This document shows positions 24,550 through 32,000 of a stretch of DNA of 32,000 nucleotides, piece by piece. The notes under the pieces are model-generated. The model did not search any database, had not been told where the DNA came from, and was given only the letters and a program-made list of their open reading frames with translations. Each line of letters starts with the position of its first letter. The stretch's first letter is position 1. A program made the position numbers and the translations under genes. Source of the DNA: Aliivibrio fischeri ES114 (GTDB lineage Bacteria; Pseudomonadota; Gammaproteobacteria; Enterobacterales; Vibrionaceae); the NCBI RefSeq assembly GCF_000011805.1, contig NC_006840.2. One strand, 5' to 3'.

Positions 24550-26292
24550 CTAATCTTCAGACCACACATCTCGAATTGCAGGCCACCCCCACCCCGTGAT
24601 AGAAACACCTTTAAGTACATCTTGAAAACGTAAAGTCTGCTTATGATGAAAAAGAGGTAATATTTTATAATCACTAATCAGACTTGAAGAAACAGGCTCT
24701 AATTTACCTAAATAGTCTGTTAATTCAGTTATATTCCTAATATTAATTAACTCTGCTTGTAGCCATTCTTTCGCATCTAATGAAAGACTTTGCTGCAAAA
24801 TAGGATTGGATAATAACCAACGAAAGATCGATGTTGGACGGTTATCATCTAAGTCTAGACTCGTTAAGATGACATCTTCAAGCAACGTCTTTTCTTTTGC
24901 TTTTCTATAAAACTCATCGAAAGAATAACTATTAATCTGACACTTTACGCCAAGCTGATTTAATATCTCCATCATTGCACTAGCACATCGAAATAACGTT
25001 TGATGATCAAATACTGCTATAGACAATGTTTCAGGTAACTCTAGTTCTGTTGTTGGCGAGTTAAGTGTTTTCATCCAATGTTGAAGCAGATTATAGGCTG
25101 GGACTGCTTCTATTTTTTCCCCTGATTTAATCACTTCATCTTGTAACTTATTAGGAGATAAAATCTGACTTAAATATTTTCGTTGTAATAATGATAACCC
25201 TGAACTGTGATTAAATAACGCAAGTAAACATCCATCTTCAATTCTTGTTCTTACTTCGTTACTCCTCATTTTTTTATTATCTTGGCTCTTTTCGAGATAA
25301 TGAGTACAAGTGACCTTTTGATCTAAATCAACTTGTCCACTCTTCATTGCAATTTTACCTAATGAATCCATTGCAACCTTCCATATCGTGACACTATCAA
25401 CTAATGCACGACAACCATAATATCGCTCAAAAGCCTGTAGTTGTAATCGTGTATCTGAAAGAGAATCGACTTGAAAGAAACCACAGCCAATACTTGTTTT
25501 TGATGACGATAACTGAGAAACAGGTTGAATCGAATAACGAGCATCAGCAAGTAAACCCGCAAACCCTAAATCCGGTTGGTTTAACTTAAACTCAATACAA
25601 TGTGTATTGGGAGCAGAAATAGCGGTGACGTGCTCTAATTCATCTTGATACTCTGGCAACTCTTTTAATTTTTGAAATAATTCAGCGACACATTCTGCAG
25701 TAATCATACTTCCATCATGAAAATACAATTGTGGTCGTAAATAGAAACACCATCGATATGCTTGTTCATCATAAGTCCAATGGTGAGCTAATTGAGAAGA
25801 CAGTTTTCCCGAAAAATCACATTCAGTTAAACAGCAATAAACCTGCCGTAAAAGAAAACGCTCACTATTTCTTAATGAACAATGTGGTAATAATGCAGAA
25901 AAAGAACGAGGATAAGTAAGCTGAATATGCAGTTCTCCTTCACGTCGAACCACACCTGAGGTATTTTGAAGTAACGCCCCAAATAAAGCATGATCATGAT
26001 CTATCAAAGCTAATGCTTTTTCATACTTACCATTAGAGATCATGGCCTTAGCTAATTCTGATTTCAACTCATTGACGTGGTAATTTAAATAAAGAACAGA
26101 ACGTTGATTTCGACCAACCTTTGGATGCCATTCTAACCACCCTAACTGGCTCATTTCTTTTAAAATAGTTCGGCAATGTCTTGCACTCGTGAAAACGAGA
26201 TCTGCCACCTCATTTAAAGTAATTAAAACTTCCGTTCTAACACCTAATTCAACCATGCGAAAATAATAAGCAGCCAGTTTACCTTCAATCAA
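24550..26292 (-). CDS. SgrR-family transcriptional regulator (N-terminal SgrR-type wHTH + C-terminal family-5 solute-binding-protein-like domain)
   Basis: The N-terminus (YYFRM...ITLNEVADLVFTSARHCRTILKEMSQLGWLEWHPKVGRNQRS) parallels E. coli SgrR from memory, followed by a ~450-aa SBP_bac_5-like body. The start is a TTG at 26292, preceded by the strong AAGAGGTGA. The in-frame ATG at 26256 would remove the conserved first helix. Confidence 0.85.
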   Translation of the reverse strand: MIEGKLAAYYFRMVELGVRTEVLITLNEVADLVFTSARHCRTILKEMSQLGWLEWHPKVGRNQRSVLYLNYHVNELKSELAKAMISNGKYEKALALIDHDHALFGALLQNTSGVVRREGELHIQLTYPRSFSALLPHCSLRNSERFLLRQVYCCLTECDFSGKLSSQLAHHWTYDEQAYRWCFYLRPQLYFHDGSMITAECVAELFQKLKELPEYQDELEHVTAISAPNTHCIEFKLNQPDLGFAGLLADARYSIQPVSQLSSSKTSIGCGFFQVDSLSDTRLQLQAFERYYGCRALVDSVTIWKVAMDSLGKIAMKSGQVDLDQKVTCTHYLEKSQDNKKMRSNEVRTRIEDGCLLALFNHSSGLSLLQRKYLSQILSPNKLQDEVIKSGEKIEAVPAYNLLQHWMKTLNSPTTELELPETLSIAVFDHQTLFRCASAMMEILNQLGVKCQINSYSFDEFYRKAKEKTLLEDVILTSLDLDDNRPTSIFRWLLSNPILQQSLSLDAKEWLQAELINIRNITELTDYLGKLEPVSSSLISDYKILPLFHHKQTLRFQDVLKGVSITGWGWPAIRDVWSED

Positions 26293-26472
26293 AACATCAC
26301 CTCTTTTTTATTCTTACTTCCCCATTTAAATAAAATACACCTACAAACGGCAAATTTACAATTAAAAACCACAATAATAGGAACTAAATAATAAAATTCA
26401 CTCTCTTTTTAGCTTCCTTATAATTTGAAATAATTTATTTACTCCATCACAACGACCTACAGTAGGCTTAGT

Positions 26473-26655
26473 ATGAAATTATTATCAAACAAACATTCAA
26501 CAGCACTAAAAGATTACTACCAATCAAAATTGCTTATGACAAAAAATTGGATTGAAGTAGAGGCTATTTTATATATGTCATCACTGCTAAACCTTCAAAA
26601 AGAAGAAATACACAGTGATGAATTAAGTAGGAAAAATAAGGAGATTCAGGATTAG
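26473..26655 (+). CDS. Possible small protein (60 aa), hypothetical
   Basis: ATG ORF in the 380-bp region divergent from the SgrR-family gene. A TATAAT lies at 26419-26424 upstream. The RBS is weak, no recognisable motif is present and no terminator follows. Confidence 0.25.
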   Translation: MKLLSNKHSTALKDYYQSKLLMTKNWIEVEAILYMSSLLNLQKEEIHSDELSRKNKEIQD

Positions 26656-26674
26656 ACTAATGATTCAAAAATCT

Positions 26675-27208
26675 TCAACGCTCACGTACAAAGTGGTTCT
26701 GAACAATCGCACCAAGGAAGGTTTCGCTCTTCACAAACTTAAAGTTTAGCGGTTGTTCTAAACCAGCAAATAATGGTGAGCCTCCACCTAACAGCACAGG
26801 TATCGTGGTAATAATAAGCTCATCAATCAAGTCCTCTTTTAAAAAGTTTTGGATAGTCACTCCACCATCGATATACAGGTTTTTAAAACCTTTGGCATGA
26901 ATCTCATTAAGAACCTCTTTCAACTCACCCTTAACTAAAAAGACCTTGTCTTCATACCCTTCAGGAACAGAGGTCATGGTATTACTCAGAACAAAAACCG
27001 GTTTTGAATAAGGCCATTCAACATCAAAACTTAATACCATATCCAAAGTATTACGCCCCATCACCATGGCATCAATACGATCAAAATGTTCAACAAAACC
27101 CATCGAATCTTGTTCTGGATTTGGAATCGCATGTAGCCAGTCAAGGCCTCCGTTTTTATCTGCAATATAACCATCTAAACTTGTTGCTATAAATACACTG
27201 TTTGACAT
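26675..27208 (-). CDS. RibD C-terminal domain / dihydrofolate-reductase-like family reductase
   Basis: 177-aa ORF with family motifs IATSLDGYIADKNGGLDWL, MGRNT, LYIDGG and TIPVLLGGG.PLF. RBS GAGGT. Confidence 0.85.
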   Translation of the reverse strand: MSNSVFIATSLDGYIADKNGGLDWLHAIPNPEQDSMGFVEHFDRIDAMVMGRNTLDMVLSFDVEWPYSKPVFVLSNTMTSVPEGYEDKVFLVKGELKEVLNEIHAKGFKNLYIDGGVTIQNFLKEDLIDELIITTIPVLLGGGSPLFAGLEQPLNFKFVKSETFLGAIVQNHFVRER

Positions 27209-27275
27209 GCAATACCTCGATTCTGATTCGTTAATAGTCTTTACTTGGCTTTGATCATTTCTTTCTATATAATTA

Positions 27276-27290
27276 TTCTACACTGTAGAA
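27276..27290. promoter_or_regulatory. Perfect 15-bp palindrome TTCTACACTGTAGAA, candidate TetR operator
   Basis: Read directly from the sequence. It lies in the 110-bp divergent region between the reductase gene and the TetR gene, 29 bp upstream of the TetR ATG. Confidence 0.55.
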
Positions 27291-27318
27291 ATTAATATTA
27301 GTTTAGCGAGGAATTTAA

Positions 27319-27882
27319 ATGTCTGTCAAGGAGAAAAAAAGAGGAAGACCTAGTGGTTCGAATAAACAATTAAGCCAAAAATCCATAATGATAATGGCAA
27401 AAGAATTAATGAAATCAGAAGGAAAAATCCCAAGTATTCGCAAACTGGCTACGCATCTAAATGTTGATGCAATGGCTATCTACTATTACTTCAGCAATAA
27501 AAACGCGCTACTTGAAGCCATCACAGTGTCATTAATTGAAGAGATACATCAACCAAAAGAACAAACTGACTGGCAAGATGAATTACATCTGTTATGTGTA
27601 AGTTACCTACGCTTACTCAATACGTATACAGGACTGCTTGAGACACTGCTGTCGATGACATCGCAAGGGCCTGCTGATATTTTTACCGAACGTTTTAGCA
27701 TGATCATTGAGCCACTTGAACTCGATAATACAGCGAAAAAAAACGCCTTGGATCTATTAGCAGATTACCTACATGGGTTTGCTCTCGCTTTACACTGTAA
27801 CCCATCGCACGAATTAGATATTTCCGAATACATCAAAGGACCGCTTAATTTTTATTGTCTTGCCCTTAAATATTCACACTAA
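27319..27882 (+). CDS. TetR/AcrR-family transcriptional regulator
   Basis: 187-aa ORF with the HTH region IRKLATHLNVDAMAIYYYFSNKNALL. RBS GAGGA. Confidence 0.88.
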   Translation: MSVKEKKRGRPSGSNKQLSQKSIMIMAKELMKSEGKIPSIRKLATHLNVDAMAIYYYFSNKNALLEAITVSLIEEIHQPKEQTDWQDELHLLCVSYLRLLNTYTGLLETLLSMTSQGPADIFTERFSMIIEPLELDNTAKKNALDLLADYLHGFALALHCNPSHELDISEYIKGPLNFYCLALKYSH

Positions 27883-28763
27883 GCCAAACAGCCCTTAGGC
27901 GTCACATTAAAATGGCGCTTAAACTCACGGCTAAATTGAGAAGTGCTGGTATATCCAACTAAATGAGCAGCGTCATTCACTCGTTTACCTTCTAATTGAA
28001 TCAACTCTTTTGCTTTATTTAAACGTACTTTTTTTAAATACTGCAATGGCGACTCTAGCGTGATTTTCCTAAATGCAGAGTGAAAAGCAGAAACACTCAT
28101 GTTGGCTTCTTCCGCTAAATTTTGCACAGTTAAGCTATTTGCATACGATTGATGCATCTTATTCATCGCTTTAGCAACACGAGCATACTGGCTATCATGA
28201 TGCGCTAAATTAAATAATACGTGACCTTCTGGCCCAGTCAGCACTCGATACACAATCTCAGTTAATAATGCCTCTCCTAGCATTTTTGTATCTAGATCTG
28301 TATGTAATGCTGCCATTAATCGCTTACAGCTCTCCAACATATCATTCGCCATTTTTACGGATGTTAATCCAAAGCCATCTGAAGAGGTTTGTATACAAGG
28401 TTGAAACTTTGCTTCTTCTAGTTCATTTACTAAACGGTGTAACAAAGCGGAATCCACATCAATACTTAAACCTAACAACGGCTCTCCATTTTCTGGGAAT
28501 GCTTCGCACTCTAATGGCATCGGCACGCCCACCACTAAATAATCATCAGGGCCATAATGAACTGGCTGATTACCTATATAAATATTCTTATGACCTTTAC
28601 CAAGAACAATAATCCCTGACTGATAAACAAAAGGCTGACGTTGATTTCCTTTACTACTGCGATAAAACCACACGCCAGGAATAGCGGTTTCTTTAATACC
28701 TTCAAGATCATTAAATCCACAATGATCCGCATAACTTTGCATCAATTCGCCCAAAGACTTCAT
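27879..28763 (-). CDS. yqhC: AraC-family transcriptional regulator (YqhC-like), divergent from an aldehyde reductase gene
   Basis: C-terminal AraC HTH pair (LTVQNLAEEANMSVSAFHSAFRK...; VGYTSTSQFSREFKRHFNVTP). It is divergent from a YqhD homologue, as in E. coli yqhC-yqhD. The symbol is assigned by synteny and similarity only. Confidence 0.75.
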   Translation of the reverse strand: MKSLGELMQSYADHCGFNDLEGIKETAIPGVWFYRSSKGNQRQPFVYQSGIIVLGKGHKNIYIGNQPVHYGPDDYLVVGVPMPLECEAFPENGEPLLGLSIDVDSALLHRLVNELEEAKFQPCIQTSSDGFGLTSVKMANDMLESCKRLMAALHTDLDTKMLGEALLTEIVYRVLTGPEGHVLFNLAHHDSQYARVAKAMNKMHQSYANSLTVQNLAEEANMSVSAFHSAFRKITLESPLQYLKKVRLNKAKELIQLEGKRVNDAAHLVGYTSTSQFSREFKRHFNVTPKGCLA

Positions 28764-28955
28764 TCATTATCCTTTATCTGATTAAGATCACATCTATTCA
28801 ATTCTATTTAAAAAAATACGCTTAATTGTAGAAATAGGCAATAAAAAAGCAGGAATTCGCCTTTATAGATCGCATACTAGCTACTAATATGCACTTATTG
28901 AAATAATAAGCTCTAGAAAATAGAGCATCCTTTTTGGAAGAAATGAGGTACAACA

Positions 28956-30104
28956 ATGAAATTCTCTTACGTTAACCCTACTCTAATCCATTTTGGCCAA
29001 GGTCAAATCGAAGCTATCGCAACATCTATTCCACAAGACCAAAAAGTGCTTGTCATTTATGGTGGCGGTTCTATTAAACACAATGGTGTTTACGATCAAG
29101 TTGTCGCTGCTTTATCCAATCATACATGGCTTGAATTTTCAGGCGTAGAACCAAATCCAACAGTAGAAACATTAGATAAAGCGGTCACTATCGCTAAAGA
29201 AGAAAACGTAGATTACATTCTTGCTGTTGGTGGTGGCTCAGTTATTGATGGCTCAAAATATGTTGCAGCAGCAACCAAATATGACGGTAATGGTTGGGAT
29301 ATCTTAATTGGTAAACACACAGTGACCGAAGCCGTTCCACTTGGCGCTATTTTAACGCTACCTGCAACGGGTTCAGAATCTAACTCTGGTGCTGTAATTA
29401 CTCAAAAATCAACACAAACCAAACTGCCTTTCATGGCTTCAGCAGTACAACCAAAATTTGCGGTTCTTGATCCTGATTCAATGAAGACATTACCAGAACG
29501 CCAATTAATTAACGGGATTGTTGATGCTTGGGTTCATACTTGTGAGCAATATTTAACTATGCCAACTGGTGCAATGATACAGGATGGCTATGCCGAAACC
29601 CTACTACGCAACTTACTGACTCTCGGTGCTCAATACGATGACCGTGACAATAATGAGTGGCGCTCAAACCTAATGTGGACAGCTAACCAAGCGCTAAATG
29701 GCTTGATTGGTACAGGTGTTCCTCACGATTGGGCAACACATATGATTGGTCATGAGTTAACTGCGCTTTATAACGTAGATCACGCACGCTCTTTATCTAT
29801 CGTTCAACCGTCTTTACTTCGTAATCAAATCGAAGCAAAACGAGCTAAATTAGAACAAATGGGTAAGAATGTATTTGGGCTTGTTTATACCGATGATTTA
29901 GCAGAACGTACTATCATTGAAATTGAAAACTTCTACCACAGCTTAAACTCTCCAACTGAGTTAACGGAGCATGGTAATGATAAAGCATCTACTATTGATG
30001 CCATTATCAAACAGCTTGAAGCTCACGGAATGGTTGCTTTAGGTGAACATCAGGCAATTACACCTGATGTATCACGTAAAATTCTTGAAGACGCTGTAAA
30101 ATAA
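28956..30104 (+). CDS. yqhD: Iron-containing (group III) NADPH-dependent alcohol dehydrogenase / aldehyde reductase, YqhD-like
   Basis: Colinear similarity, from memory, to E. coli YqhD (YGGGS.K..GV.DQV, EF.G.EPNP, LAVGGGSV.DG.K, LTLPATGSESN.GAVI, DWATHM.GHELTA). Confidence 0.9.
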   Translation: MKFSYVNPTLIHFGQGQIEAIATSIPQDQKVLVIYGGGSIKHNGVYDQVVAALSNHTWLEFSGVEPNPTVETLDKAVTIAKEENVDYILAVGGGSVIDGSKYVAAATKYDGNGWDILIGKHTVTEAVPLGAILTLPATGSESNSGAVITQKSTQTKLPFMASAVQPKFAVLDPDSMKTLPERQLINGIVDAWVHTCEQYLTMPTGAMIQDGYAETLLRNLLTLGAQYDDRDNNEWRSNLMWTANQALNGLIGTGVPHDWATHMIGHELTALYNVDHARSLSIVQPSLLRNQIEAKRAKLEQMGKNVFGLVYTDDLAERTIIEIENFYHSLNSPTELTEHGNDKASTIDAIIKQLEAHGMVALGEHQAITPDVSRKILEDAVK

Positions 30105-30112
30105 CCGTCTAA

Positions 30113-30153
30113 ATACTGACTCAGAATAATGTGTTCTGAGTCAGTATGATTTT
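30113..30153. terminator. Strong hairpin terminator between convergent genes
   Basis: Perfect 14-bp stem ATACTGACTCAGAA (30113-30126) / TTCTGAGTCAGTAT (30134-30147), followed by GATTTT. Confidence 0.8.
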
Positions 30154-30163
30154 ACAAACTAGC

Positions 30164-31468
30164 TTATTGTTGTTTAAAGAAATCAAAGCCTGTTAAATGC
30201 TCAGCGAGTGCAGGCTCAGTTAGAATTTTATCCTGATCAACATCGTATGTAATGAATCGAATGCCATCTGATTGATAATCATCATATTGTTCTCCATCTG
30301 GTCTCAACAAAATAAGAATCTTACCGTTTTCAAAATAATTTGAAGCCGCCGTAATGTCCCCTGCATAAGCTTCTAACGCTTTTTTTCCCGTATCTTCCCA
30401 CGTATCAGTTAATAAAATATGCCCATTTTCTGTCACAACCATACCAATATTGTCATCACTAGGATGATGGAACGCTGCAACAAACTTTTGATCTATATTT
30501 TTAAAAGTAACATCTGAAGAATATGGCGTTACAATAATCTCTTTATCTTGCTTTAAGTTATAAGTAAAAAAATGCATTTTATCTTGAGACTCAGAATAAT
30601 AGCCCGCTGAAATAAAGTTTGCATCCTCACCCAACTCTGGATAGTAATCAGAAATATTACGAGGGCCGCTTAATAAACCATTTTCATCGGCGGTAATAAA
30701 GGTATCACCAGTGAGCTTCCCATAACCACTGCCTTCGTTATCATGCCACCCTGCCCCATTTACTGTTCTTGAAATACTTTCAGCTATATATCCCGGATCA
30801 GGCAAATCTTTATATTTACTTAATGGGTACCATTTTGGTACAACCGTTCCCCAGTCAAAAGCTTGTGCAAAATTAACATTCTCATCTTTTGGTACGATGG
30901 AATTAAATAAATTACCAGCAAACCAAGCACAGTTACCATATAGCGTATATTTACCTCCATTCCAATCTTTCCCTATACCTAAAAATAACTTAGCGATCTC
31001 TTTACTCTCAACATATAACGCCTCTTCTTTGTCCGCTATATCCTGCTTTATTTGTTGGTAGTTTTTATCTTCAATATGAACGCATTTTTGAAAACTAAAT
31101 TCTCGACTGGCTTGGTTGCCATCGCTACCAAATCCATATCCATCAAACTGAACTTTTCCTTCATTATCTTTATAAAAAAGATCCACCCATGTATGTCCAA
31201 CAGCTCCAGAATCAGCCCATTGAACCATTCTTTCTAATAATTGAACGATATTGTCATCAGGGTAATCGTGTTGAAATTGTTGATAAGTTTCTAATAGGGG
31301 AATTCGATTAGCTTTTCGATTTATTCGAATACACACTTGAGGGTAACCAATATTAGGATCTCCCTCTAAAGCAACACGGTGCCCATTTCGATATTCATCG
31401 GCAGTGGCAACATTAGAAAAAAGAGCAAGGGAAAGCATAGTTGATGCTGTAATAATGGTTCGATTCAT
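30164..31468 (-). CDS. Secreted protein of unknown function (signal peptide; N-terminal His...Asn-Cys domain; C-terminal repeat domain)
   Basis: 434-aa ATG ORF with RBS AAGGA. Signal peptide MNRTIITASTMLSLALFSNVATA|DEY. I recognise no confident family; see findings. Confidence 0.85.
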   Translation of the reverse strand: MNRTIITASTMLSLALFSNVATADEYRNGHRVALEGDPNIGYPQVCIRINRKANRIPLLETYQQFQHDYPDDNIVQLLERMVQWADSGAVGHTWVDLFYKDNEGKVQFDGYGFGSDGNQASREFSFQKCVHIEDKNYQQIKQDIADKEEALYVESKEIAKLFLGIGKDWNGGKYTLYGNCAWFAGNLFNSIVPKDENVNFAQAFDWGTVVPKWYPLSKYKDLPDPGYIAESISRTVNGAGWHDNEGSGYGKLTGDTFITADENGLLSGPRNISDYYPELGEDANFISAGYYSESQDKMHFFTYNLKQDKEIIVTPYSSDVTFKNIDQKFVAAFHHPSDDNIGMVVTENGHILLTDTWEDTGKKALEAYAGDITAASNYFENGKILILLRPDGEQYDDYQSDGIRFITYDVDQDKILTEPALAEHLTGFDFFKQQ

Positions 31469-31590
31469 AATTAATCCTTAATATTATTAAGTCGCATCAT
31501 TAGCCTATTTAATTATTTTTCGAAGGTCATAGAGATAATATTCAAAATGCACATAATTAAGCATTTATACCAATTTGATTAATTTTAAAT

Positions 31591-31622
31591 AAAAAAAACC
31601 GCACCAATTAAATTGGTACGGT
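31591..31622 (-). terminator. Rho-independent terminator of the DMT transporter gene
   Basis: On the minus strand: AACCGTACCAA...TTGGTGCGGTT hairpin (one mismatch) followed by TTTTTTTT. Confidence 0.8.
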
Positions 31623-31646
31623 TTATTTTAATTCTATCAATAAAGA

Positions 31647-32000
31647 TTATTTCTTCTTGCGTTCCCATTGTGTAATAAACGCAACAGAAGCAATAATAAT
31701 AGCAGCACCTAACCATAAACGACCAGGTGGAACCCATCCAAATACCATCCAGCCTGCTAACACATTTAATGGCAATTTTGCATGATCAAAAGGCTGAACA
31801 AATGAAGCATCAGCAACTGAATACGCTTTTACAATTGCCCATTGCGCTAATGCTGTCATTACACCAGCACAAAACAGCAATAACCACACATTCATACCAC
31901 TTGGGGTTTGCCATTCAGGTAGCGCTAATAAAATATTAAATGGCGTAATCAGAACCAATAAATACACAACCATGGTCGATGGTGAATCGTTTGACGACAT
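31647..32000 (-). CDS. DMT (EamA/RhaT) superfamily transporter, C-terminal part (5' end outside the window)
   Basis: The ORF is open to the window edge. It encodes hydrophobic helices and an EamA-like C-terminus (ALAQWAIVKAYSVADASFVQPFDHAKLPLNVLAGWMVFGW). Confidence 0.75.
   Translation of the reverse strand: MSSNDSPSTMVVYLLVLITPFNILLALPEWQTPSGMNVWLLLFCAGVMTALAQWAIVKAYSVADASFVQPFDHAKLPLNVLAGWMVFGWVPPGRLWLGAAIIIASVAFITQWERKKK

Noticed and set aside
25404-25919. Two ~60-aa plus-strand ORFs antisense to the SgrR-family gene, and similar small ORFs at 27004..27192, 28268..28612, 31052..31237 and 31727..31939
   Set aside because: They are nested antisense to supported genes and have no start context or motifs.
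1-32000. Search by eye for CRISPR arrays, integron attC/VCR-type repeats, IS elements or prophage remnants
   Set aside because: I found no regularly spaced direct repeats, terminal inverted repeats, transposase or integrase ORFs, or phage-like genes. The only sizeable repeat is the tRNA-Ser cassette duplication.

Overview
This is an AT-rich, densely coding gammaproteobacterial chromosomal segment. It looks Vibrionaceae-like, probably Vibrio or Aliivibrio; that is inferred from composition and from my recognition of the encoded proteins, not from a search. I support about 29 CDS, 2 tRNA genes and several intrinsic terminators.

Left to right:
- A secreted alpha-carbonic anhydrase.
- Two tandem tRNA-Ser(UGA) units, each with its own near-consensus promoter and terminator.
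- A methyl-accepting chemotaxis protein behind a long AT-rich leader.
- A signal-peptide-bearing MTA/SAH-nucleosidase-family protein plus a GNAT acetyltransferase.
- A translationally coupled pair: a 799-aa multi-pass membrane protein with a degenerate P-loop domain, and an MscS-family channel.
- A 2OG-Fe(II) oxygenase and an SDR, divergently arranged.
- A cluster of cysteine-rich small proteins (YcgN, a coupled 99-aa protein, a divergent YkgJ-type protein).
- A small 76-aa protein and a Tim44-like membrane protein.
- A TetR regulator followed by a fused LplT-like MFS/acyltransferase.
- The complete menaquinone operon menF-D-H-B-C-E on the minus strand.
- alaA, then an SgrR-family regulator.
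- A RibD_C/DHFR-like reductase divergent from a second TetR.
- A yqhC/yqhD-like aldehyde-reductase module.
- A secreted 434-aa protein of unknown function.
- The 3' part of a DMT/EamA transporter, cut by the window edge.

I saw no integrase, transposase, phage genes, CRISPR array or recognisable canonical defence system. Most of the window is ordinary housekeeping.

The items most worth a second look:
1. The membrane pseudo-ATPase + MscS pair, together with an iterated GATCACA motif in its upstream region.
2. The secreted two-domain protein at 30164..31468.
3. The LplT-acyltransferase fusion.
4. The SgrR-family regulator with a long divergent non-coding region.

All functional calls rest on motif and sequence recognition by eye. 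No database search was possible.
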